This document shows, piece by piece, positions 10,218 through 18,909 of a DNA stretch of 20,000 nt (position 1 is its first letter; each line of letters opens with the position of its first letter). Below the pieces are notes generated by a model. The model was not told the DNA's origin, made no database searches, and was given only the letters and a program-made list of their open reading frames with translations. The translations under genes were made by a program, and so were the position numbers. The stretch comes from Folioceros fuciformis (lineage: Eukaryota): positions 50,031-70,030 of the forward strand of contig JBNGIO010005800.1 of assembly GCA_049999805.1 (NCBI GenBank). Reading direction: 5' to 3'.

Positions 10218-11786
10218 GAGAAAGGGGGGCTCTATCCAGCATCCGAAAGTACGGGGAGCAGGAGTAACTTGAAGCGTGAAGCGGCTGAAAGAGGGGAAAG
10301 CGCCAGGACGACAGGAGAGACGGCGCAGGGTGTGAGAGGAGGAGGACAGGCAGAATGAGGGCGCGGCCTGAACTGATCCTTGGAGCAGCAGCCTCTAGAC
10401 AGGAGGGGGGGCCTCCTGTCCCCCGAAGTGACCTACTCCTGTGGCCCAATATGGAGCACTGGAGGGTCAGGGCAGGGAAGTTGGTGGCAGAGCGGGGTTT
10501 GAGCTTTATGACCCAGAAGTGGAACCATGCAGCACCCCAGCTGGTCAGGGAGTGCGCCCTATGGCTGATAGAGCCTGTACGCAAGGAGAGGATTAGAGGC
10601 AGACCCCAGGAATGGAGCCTAGAGTTGATTAGGAAGGTCTACGGGCGCGACCAACAGGAGGAGGGGGGACTGGTGCTGGAGTCCCTAAAGAAGCGTGGCG
10701 GGACGGGAGCCGCGGAAACGTTGCTCAAGGCAAGCACGAAAAAGGAAGCGAACGGGTGGCTAGTGCGCGACATGGCAAGTCCTTAGTTGTTGGGATTGGC
10801 CAGGTGGTTCCTGAGCTTCTTCCGAGTGCGTAAACAGGATTATATGTCCGACCAGATGCTCTTGTTTGTGCATGAAGTAGTGAAAGGTACCAGGATCGAC
10901 TGGGGGCGGATTTTATATGTCCGAATGGATGAGGAGAGGCAGAACCTGATCCGACCCAATCCTGAACCTTCTATGATTTCCCCGTTCCTAATCCATGTGT
11001 ACAGTTACTCTAACCTAGTCACTGAGCTAGAAATGCTGGCCTCGCTGCACCTGTGGAAGCCAGTTCGCGATGTGAAGTGGAAGCCCGCTGAGCTAGCAAG
11101 GGCTGCCTCCAGCAGTTGGGAAGCTGACAGTGGAAATAGCTTGCAGGAGGAAACCCCAATCAAGCCCAGGAAGAGGATGGTGCTACAGAAGAAGACTCCT
11201 GTCAAGAGGAAAAGGGCCAGAGGACAAAGTGTGAGCATGGGGGCTGATCAGGAGGAAGAGGGGGCAACCCTGGAGCAGAAGGGCCAGTAGGAGGGAGGAC
11301 GAGAACCAGCAGTCCAAGGAATTGAGGACCGAAGGTTGGAGGAGCAAGGTCAGGGTGAGACAAGACCTAAGGGGCCACAGGATCAGGTGATGGCAGCGGA
11401 CACAGTTTCCTCCAGACAGGAGGATAAGTTAGGGCGTGTTTCAGCACAAGAGGGTTTCTCAGGGTGGGAGGACATTTTCAGGTGCAGGCCTCAGGGAGAC
11501 AGGTTGCAGGTGGGGGACCTGGACAAGTTGCGAGAATTCCTGGGCATACAAATCACGGCAAGAGGAATGGGCACCGAACGGGTGTAGGAGGTGGACCTAC
11601 CTGGGCTGACTGCTGCGGTGGTGCAAGCCCAAGCAGACCTCCTGGATCAGGCTGCTAGGGCCCTGACCTGGTTAAGTGTACAATCGGAGCGAGAAACCAA
11701 GACTCAAGGAAAGGAGGAGGAGTCTCGTGAGCGAGAGGTTGAAGTAAGGAGGCAACTAGCGGAGTCGTAGACAGCGCGGCAACTGC

Positions 11787-11886
11787 NNNNNNNNNNNNNN
11801 NNNNNNNNNNNNNNNNNNNNNNNNNNNNNNNNNNNNNNNNNNNNNNNNNNNNNNNNNNNNNNNNNNNNNNNNNNNNNNNNNNNNNN
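11787..11886. other. Assembly gap (100 N)
   Basis: N run flanked on both sides by GCGGCAACTGC. Confidence 0.99.
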
Positions 11887-12199
11887 GCGGCAACTGCTGG
11901 AGGAGAAGCAACGGGTCCTGGACAGGGAGAAGGCTCAAGCCAAGGAAGAGGCGCGCGAGGCGAGGGCTGAAGTGCAGGCGCTGAAGGAACAACAGGGGGC
12001 CCTGCTAGCTCAGGTGAGGGAGGCTCACGAGGCTAACCTGGAGTTGCAACAGGAAATGGCTAAGGCAGAGGAGATGGAGATAGCCGCTGTGGAGCAGGCC
12101 CAGAAGTTAGCTGACAGATACAAGCGAGAGCGGGATGAGGCCAGAGAGAGAGTGAAGGGGAAGAGCAAGGCTGGGCGCCCGAGTCAGTCGACGACCCCG

Positions 12200-12313
12200 G
12201 TAGCGGAAGGGGCTATCGGTAGCCAAACCAGGGGAACGGTAGTCGAGGAGGCTACCGGTAGCCGGGTAGTCCACGGGACTACCGGTAGTCGAGTAGCCGA
12301 CGGGGCTACCGGT
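12200..12313 (+). repeat. ~27-bp coding minisatellite (VxxGATGSR-like units)
   Basis: VAEGAIGSQ..VVEEATGSR-VVHGTTGSR-VADGATGG; recurring CTACCGGTAG. Confidence 0.75.
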
Positions 12314-13740
12314 GGCCCAGTGAGGCCCAGGATAGCTGAGGAACCAACCCTGGAGAAGAAGGAGGCAGCAGTAGGGGCGCCTGCCCCTAGGCGCTCTAGG
12401 AGGGTGGCCCGTACCAGGAGAACAGAGCCGGAGGAGGCAACAGCTGGGCAGGCAGAGAACCTTCAGGTACCCCAGCAGGAGGGGGAGCAGGCAACCCGAG
12501 GTAGCCCAAGGGAGGACGGGGAGGGACGCGGGGCTACGTCCTACAAGTGAGGACGCGCCTGGGATTCTACCACTACAGATGGTGGGTGACAGGGCTGCCC
12601 CACTGCTATCCGGAGGCAGTTTTGGAGGAACTGACGGAAGAGGAGGCCCAGCGCTGGGTAGAACGGGAGCTTGTGGCTGTCCACAGCAACCAGAGAAGGA
12701 GGAGGGGTGGTGGACCACAGTGGCGGGACCCACCTGCGCTGCCAGCAAGGCCCAGCAGTAGCAGCAGTGATGTGGAGATCCTCTGAGAGGATCTGCCGGA
12801 CCAACGGAGAGGCAGAAGAGTGAGAGGAGGAGCAGTGAACGGTGACGTGCGAAGGCCAGGAGGAAGCCGTCATCGGCGTGGGACAGGGCGATAGTAAATG
12901 CAGGCTAGATTAGTTTTTTTTAGTGTGCTTTATTTGGACCCAAGTCGCTCAGAATTTAAGAGCGCACCTCCCCTACCTGACAGACTTTATGGCGGGAAAA
13001 CCGCCATCACCGTGTACAAGAGGCCGGTTTGAAGGCCTAAGAAAGGAGCAAGAACCAGCCGAAAAGTCGACCGTGCAGGGACCTAGCGATGGCCGTTGCT
13101 GGACGGGAGGTCCAGGCAAGCGAGCGCACGTAGCAACTTGGGGTGCGGGTGTAGGTGGTGTGCGCTCCGTGATCAGGTCCGGGGACGAATCGGGAGGAGG
13201 TGCGTCGCCGAGTGGGAGAGAAGCTCCCCAACTATCCTCGAAGTGGTCACGTGGTTGGTGTGGGTGATGGAGCCGAATCCGCGAGTGCGGAGTGGAAGGG
13301 ATTCCTCTTCCCTTAGCTCCGGTACCTCACCATTCCTCAACATTCATAGGAGCCCAGGAGGGGCATTGCTGAGAAAGAAGACGAAAGAACCGGAGAAAGA
13401 GGAAGCGCGAGGGTGCGCGTGTGTGGGAAAGGGGAGAAGCGAGTGACCGAGTAATGAGTAAGGGCGAATTTGAAGGGATGCCAGAAGGAGTGGAAGCCGG
13501 AAGTGAAGCGAAGTGTGACTGATCGCGGTGAGCCTGGAGAGGTCGTGAAGAAGTTGAATTGAGACCGCAGAGGGTGTATCTAAGGTGTGAGATCCCTCGG
13601 GTGGAAGGCGACCGGCAGATTGTTGCTGTTCATGTGTGCGTGCGTTTGATCCTGAGGAGTGAGGGGCGGCTTTGTGGAGAACCAAGGAAGGGAAGCGCAA
13701 AGGGAATGCGCGGAAAAAACGGTCGGGAAGGGACGACTCG

Positions 13741-13785
13741 GAGAGAGAGAAAACTCTAGAGAGAGAGAGAGAGGGAGAGAGAGAG
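13741..13785. repeat. Interrupted (GA)n microsatellite in LTR D
   Basis: GAGAGAGAGA-AAACTCTA-GAGAGAGAGAGAGAG-GGAGAGAGAGAG. Confidence 0.9.
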
Positions 13786-14965
13786 GACCCACGAGTGGTA
13801 GCCCGAAAGACAACGGTAGTAGCCCCCTGGGGAATGGAGAGTAGCCCAGTGGGCAACCAAGAGTAGTCCAGGGGGAGGTAGTCCCTGGAGTGACAGAGTG
13901 GTAGGGGAGTCGCCTGGAGGAAGAAGTAAGGGGGCTTGGTAAGGTCTGAGCATTGGACGTGTGTGGGTGGGTCAGTCGAGTTTTATGTGTTGGCTGACTT
14001 TAGAAGCTAACCTGTGTAGTTTAACACAAATCATTCCCTTGGGATCGAATCCCAAAGCTACAACGACATAGAGGGCTTGTGTAGACCTCGCGGTACCCCT
14101 GGGTACCATATTTTAACCCCACAATTGGCCATATGCATTGGTGTCTTCATACAAATTCTCACAACACCCAGTTGGTAAAAGTTAGTAAAGAGGTTTAGAA
14201 GACCTATGTCAGGATCGTCACCCTGTATGGTTGCCCCTAAAACACTCTTGTATCTAACACTTGATGCTCCAAACGCATTATCATCGTGCTAGGCATAATC
14301 ACTCTACTTCTTGTTACAGATATTTCTCATTGATGCCATGTTGTTTTTAGAGTGCAGAGTCTCCAATCTTGTCCACAATGGACTTAGCCCGACCTCTCTA
14401 CTATAACATGATAGATAGTCTACTTTTACTAAGAAAGTACACAGCTTCTTCGTGATTGATTGACTATGTATTTTCTTCTGAACTGGAAAAATAACAGAAG
14501 ACAGGGCTTCTGCTGTAGTGTTGATGATGCAAAGATTCTTAGTCTTAATAAGACTCCTTTCATCCAGATCAACCTGTGTTTTGCTCTTGAGTTCATTGCC
14601 AGCATTGAGAAAGATCTTGCGCATTATGAAGGGATCTCTTTTTATCAGCTGCAAATGAACGGAACTAACTGAAGATATAAGACTGGAGTAATCTTCCTAA
14701 AAGTCAGCTTCTTGCTTGTCTTGATCAGTAAAGTCATGTTGTTCCTCCTCTGCAACCATGCTACAGGCTTAACAATTATTATGTCAGAATTGACTAGAAG
14801 ATCAGCACCCACCAAAAGGGAGCATCCACATAGCAAGGTCCAGCAAGCTTGTCCCTGAGACGTATCTGCTTGCTTTCCAATTTATTATGTATGTAGCAGG
14901 AGAAACACAAATTTGGCATGTCAAAATTGTGATTTCTGGGAGTTCAGCGCACTTGTATCTGCACT

Positions 14966-15065
14966 NNNNNNNNNNNNNNNNNNNNNNNNNNNNNNNNNNN
15001 NNNNNNNNNNNNNNNNNNNNNNNNNNNNNNNNNNNNNNNNNNNNNNNNNNNNNNNNNNNNNNNNN
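14966..15065. other. Assembly gap (100 N)
   Basis: N run. Confidence 0.99.
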
Positions 15066-15510
15066 CCATATGCGCAATTTCCTCTTGACTTTTTGTACTC
15101 ACTCTAAGCACATTTCTATTCAGATCATTGAATTGATGTAAAGAATCCTTGTATGTTTCTCTAATCTTTTTAGTTAGCATGGTCAAAGAGCCATACTTGA
15201 CTAACTGTATTTTGATGAAACCTCTAGGGTTTTCATTGCCATCAAATGTGTGTCTGACCTGAATTTCTGGCAAGCCTTCTGAGTTTTTAGGAGTGAATGC
15301 AACAATCTGATGTTTCTCATTAAGGTACGCAAATACTATAATTGCATTTTTAATTTCCTTAAGATTGTCTATTTGCATTCTTTTTTCCCGAAAACCATAT
15401 AACATTACAGATGCTCTAGGCCGAAAATGTCTTGCCTTGGGCAGCAGCTCAATTCTTCTCCTAGACATAATGTCAGCAAAACCCAGGCTGCTATTTTGGC
15501 CAATCATCAT
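15066..15510 (-). pseudogene. gag: Degenerate Copia gag (UBN2/Retrotran_gag_2-like) of C
   Basis: First long ORF after the minus-strand PBS; HTFDGNENPR..QLVKYGSLTM..ETYKDSLHQFNDL resembles the Copia gag FEGNE..KLQ..FE.L.M..ET..RFNDL pattern. Confidence 0.5.
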
Positions 15511-15558
15511 GGCCTACATAATTGACTATCTTACATGGCCTGAATAAGTAGATATAAA

Positions 15559-15650
15559 AATGCACTAAATTTGCGGCTTCTATTATTTTTCTAAGAATTG
15601 TGATGTAGGAATGCACTTAATTTGCATCTTCTAGTATTTTTCTATAAAAA
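15559..15650. repeat. Two diverged ~40-bp units at 51-bp spacing in the leader of C
   Basis: AATGCACTAAATTTGCGGCTTCTATTATTTTTCTA (15559) vs AATGCACTTAATTTGCATCTTCTAGTATTTTTCTA (15610). Confidence 0.7.
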
Positions 15651-15808
15651 CTAGAATTCTACAACTCTAAAGTTCAGTTCTTGATTATGTTTTGGTTTCT
15701 TGAAAATAAACTTCTTTTCTGTTCAAGAAAATACAAAACTTGTGTCTCGTGCATCTTTTTCAATGCACAGCAGGATGTGCATCTCATGAATGCGATCTAC
15801 ATTAGCAT

Positions 15809-15820
15809 GCTCTGATACCA
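15809..15820 (-). promoter_or_regulatory. Primer-binding site of C (initiator tRNA-Met)
   Basis: GCTCTGATACCA is the reverse complement of TGGTATCAGAGC. Confidence 0.85.
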
Positions 15821-16081
15821 TAACAAAATATAAGGCTAATGTAAATCAATTATACCATTTGTATAGATTACATCTTAGATAATCAAGAAAAGGAGAGTAA
15901 CTTGTTTAGGTGAAAAGACAACTTAAGCTAACTTTACAAACGGGTGTGGCTATTCACTAATAGTCCTAACCCTAGCAAAACATTATGTCCATTCGCTACA
16001 TGTATATATGTATACATTTCATTTAATCATGGATAAGGCTAAACCCTAAACCCTTTACTCTAGATGTGTATATGGTCAACA
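15821..16081 (-). repeat. Probable 5' LTR of C (~260 bp)
   Basis: AT-rich block between the PBS and B gag; the minus strand begins TGTTGACC and ends ...TTGTTA (CA>TA presumed); contains AAACCCTAAACCCT at 16041-16054. Confidence 0.6.
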
Positions 16082-16095
16082 CCCTATTTCATTAG

Positions 16096-17020
16096 ATTTT
16101 TGCTCACACCTTGAAGTTTAGAGAGCTGCGAGGGCAGCTCGCCTCCCTTGGCTTAACCATGTCGGAGACTAATGCCGCTGCACAGCTGCTAATGAGCTTA
16201 CCACCATCTTACCAAAATTTCATGACGAGCCTGATGTTGGTATTAACTCATGGTAAGTTAGGTACCCCCTCCACCCTTACAGTGGAGGACATTATTGGCG
16301 CTCTGTATCAGCAGGAGTAGAGACGCCTTAGCTCAGCAGCAGGGTCCAAGCCCGAGATAGATAGGGCGCTTTCCACCCGCTTCAAGCCCGGGAGGAATTC
16401 GAAGGGCGAGGCAAACTTCACCCCTAAAGGTGACTCAACCTTTGCCCCTCCTCGCTAAGCTGGAAATTGCAATTGGTGCGGAGCTGCTGGCCATTGGGCA
16501 CGGGAGAGCCACAAGAAAGAGGCCGGAGAGCCGCAGAAGGCTGACCTGTGACAGGTAGCCAATATTGCAGTTAAGGGGAAAGCCAGCACAGTGGAGACAA
16601 AAACCGTAAAGATACTTACGATTTCCCTCAACACCCAGTTGCATCAAGATGCGGGGCAGTATCTCGACAGTGGAGCCACCGCCCACATATGCAACGATCG
16701 TACTCTATTCACCAAGCTGGATAATCATCCTCTCAAGGAAAGGGTGTTACTCGGTGATAACCAGAGTAGATCCAGCTTGCCAATCATGGAACAAGGCACT
16801 TGCAAATTTCCCCTCAAGGATGGTTCGCTGCTTACCTTGGAGCATGTGCTTCTAGTCCCACCAATGGACAAGAACCTGGTCTCCATGCCTCAGCTGCTGA
16901 AGCAAGGCGATCTTAAGATGCTTGCTTCAAGGGGGTCATGCAACTTTTTCAGGACCCCAAATCCTGACTTGTGCCTCTTCAGCACCATGCCTCAAGACAG
17001 CATGTACATGCTCTCATTAG
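16096..17020 (+). pseudogene. Copia gag C-terminal half, zinc knuckle and protease of B
   Basis: KFRELRGQLASLG..LLMSLPPSYQNF (UBN2-like); CNWCGAAGHWARES knuckle (~16468-16510); YLDSGATAHIC (~16660); LEHVLLVPPMDKNLVS; in-frame stops. Confidence 0.9.
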
Positions 17021-17096
17021 CCTTCAGAGGGTGTGCATCAAAGAGGAGCACTCCATGGGAGATAGCCTCCACCACTGGTCAGGTTACGTTTAGCTT

Positions 17097-17105
17097 AAGA
17101 GGGAG
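17097..17105 (+). promoter_or_regulatory. Polypurine tract of B
   Basis: AAGAGGGAG directly before the 3' LTR TG. Confidence 0.8.
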
Positions 17106-17337
17106 TGTTACGGAATGGATAATATGCCCGTAACCCTGCCGACCAGCTAGTTACTGTAGACCGTAATTAATAGTGTTGAATAATTACGAACGGGTGTGCC
17201 TCTTCGGAAGAGACACCCAGAGACACAATTTAAGACACTTTGTAAACACCTTCCATAGATTAACACGAAATATCTTTCTGAGCATTGCGTCTTGATCATG
17301 CTAGACTAGATGCAATCCTATTGCTAGGATTTTCACA
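17106..17337 (+). repeat. 3' LTR of B (232 bp)
   Basis: Direct repeat of 7807-8066; TG..CA; followed by TSD AGAAA. Confidence 0.95.
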
Positions 17338-17342
17338 AGAAA

Positions 17343-18909
17343 GGAGTAACCGCTCGGAGGAAGGATCATCCGAAGAAGAGCGCGCCAAAGGAAAAATAAA
17401 TAAGTCCAGAGTTGAAGTCGAGAGACAAAAGAGTCGTGCATGAGAAAGTAAAGAGCATGCAAGGGCAAAACAAGAAGTTGAGCATGCCAAGAAAGATGCG
17501 GAGTTGGCAAGAAAGGAGGCTGAGACAGCAGCCAAGGAGGTGGAGCAGCAAGGGAGCAAGATGGAAGAGATGACAAAATTTGAGAAATTCCACCTTAATG
17601 CAAGGAAGGAGCATGAGAGATGCAGGGCTACTATGAATGCACGGGCTAACCTCTTCTGTTCTACATGTGGCCATCAAGGGTACTCTAAGTCTAATTGCCC
17701 AACCACAAAAGTGCACCTGCTGGGCTATGAAGAAGAAGAGGAGGAAGGGTTGGAGGAGGAAGGTATGGAAGAATTGTACCAAATTCAAGAGGTACAACCC
17801 AGTCAAGGGTATCCGAAGACCAGGTACCCCCCTAATTTATGGAATTCCACAAGGATAATGGCCCGAAATTAGCCAAATAGAAACCATAACCAAATGGGCG
17901 TTGTGTTGTGCTACAATTACCTCAACTTGGGGCATTATGCGCATAGCTGCCCATGACCAACGAGATAGGGTAACGGGGAGTTCGATAGGCTGTGCCAAGA
18001 TTGCAGGCAGCAGGGACATCTAGCAGGAAGTGTGTTCTGCCAAAATCCTAGGAAGATGGTGAGGATCGCAGAACCAACAATAACGAGGATCCAGCGAGCC
18101 TAGGTCCGAACTCAATGCCAGCAATGCATGTAGAGGATGTGCTCATGGTGGTGTGGCAAGACGCCGAGGTTACAGTCCTTAGGAGCTTGGAAGGCCAGGA
18201 TAGCAGCTAATATGGAGAAGCTGCTGCTATGGCTGTCGACACCTCAAGCGCGAAGGACCGGGATAAAAGGAGGGGAGGAAAAAAGAAAAGGGATGAGGTA
18301 AGTTCTGCTGCAGGATCAGAGGAAGAAAAGCACACCTCAGCCACATCATATGAGGGAAGGCCAAAATTCCTGAAAACAGTGTCACTAGACAAGGAGGACT
18401 TAAGTGTGCCAAGTACTTCAGCAGAAGAAGGAGGGGCCAGCAAGGAGGCACGCACGAAGTGTAGAATGCTTTAGTTGAAGAGGGTGGAAATCTGAGACTT
18501 GGGGGGCCAAAAGAGGAATTGCCGAGGGAAATGGCTGTGGAAAAAACCAAACTACAACCCTCAGTGGAAGCCACGACCCAAAAAAAAGAAAAGTTAGGGC
18601 TTTCACTAGATATGCAGAGGGAGGTTATGGAAATGATTTAGGAAGAGAGGGGGAAAACGGTCATGGTGGCGGAATCTAGGGTGCCCAATTCCACTACTTC
18701 CCCACTAGATTCTGTTGTCCCACTTGAGAGAGCCACCGTTCCTTAGAGCGTATTAGCGCTAGATCCCAAGGACCAACCCTGGTGGAGAGAAGGAACGAGC
18801 TGGTGCACCTTTCAACCTAGTAGAGGCCATCATATACAAGCGCTTCACGATCACGTTTGGGTAGCTTCTCAGGGATAAACCGCGATATAGGCAACAGATA
18901 AGGCGAGCG
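17343..18909 (+). pseudogene. gag: gag of A, C-terminal part (coiled coil, three zinc knuckles, long charged linker)
   Basis: In-frame continuation after B; CSTCGHQGYSKSNC (17657-17698), CYNYLNLGHYAHSC (17909-17950), CQDCRQQGHLAG (from 17993); stops and frameshifts. Confidence 0.75.

Larger units (their letters stand above)
10355..12786 (+). pseudogene. LTR-internal accessory ORF of D (Athila ORF1/plant transposon protein-like domain + coiled coil + repeats + acidic tail)
   Basis: ORF-track pieces 10355, 10787, 11336 and 11972 share one frame, broken only by TAG stops (10784, 11288, 11585, 11768) and an N gap; the tail is in a second frame (12547-12786). Motifs PQLVRE..RIRG..LARWF..GTRIDWGRIL..SPFLIHVY; colinear with 2918-5111. 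Confidence 0.85.
9865..14123 (+). mobile_element. Element D: giant (~4.2 kb) solo LTR of an A-related Gypsy family
   Basis: Starts TGTG and ends CACA; perfect TSD ATTGG (9860-9864 and 14124-14128); its last ~90 bp are homologous to the PBS-adjacent end of LTR A; no PBS, gag or pol follows. Confidence 0.85.
8600..16081 (-). mobile_element. Element C: highly degenerate Copia-like remnant, antisense inside B; left boundary undefined
   Basis: Minus-strand Met PBS next to an LTR-like block starting TGTTGACC; gag-like trace at 15066-15510; weak RNase H-like trace (LLKELGY...FYEDS) near 8930-9000 minus. No second LTR or TSD found. Confidence 0.55.
7807..17337 (+). mobile_element. Element B: Ty1/Copia LTR retrotransposon, internally deleted, hosting C and D
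   Basis: Two homologous TG..CA LTRs; perfect TSD AGAAA (7802-7806 and 17338-17342); Met PBS; PPT; Copia gag/protease motifs. Removing it rejoins gag of A in frame (DSMEEE|RSNRSEEGSS). Confidence 0.95.

Noticed and set aside
12107-12873. Long minus-strand ORFs (213 aa, 110 aa) and similar ones at 10168-10584, 17366-17806 and 19361-19852
   Set aside because: Antisense shadows of purine-rich plus-strand coding sequence; low-complexity Ser/Leu/Pro content with no motifs.
16041-16054. AAACCCTAAACCCT as an interstitial telomere
   Set aside because: Only two units; telo-box-like motifs are common in plant LTRs and promoters.
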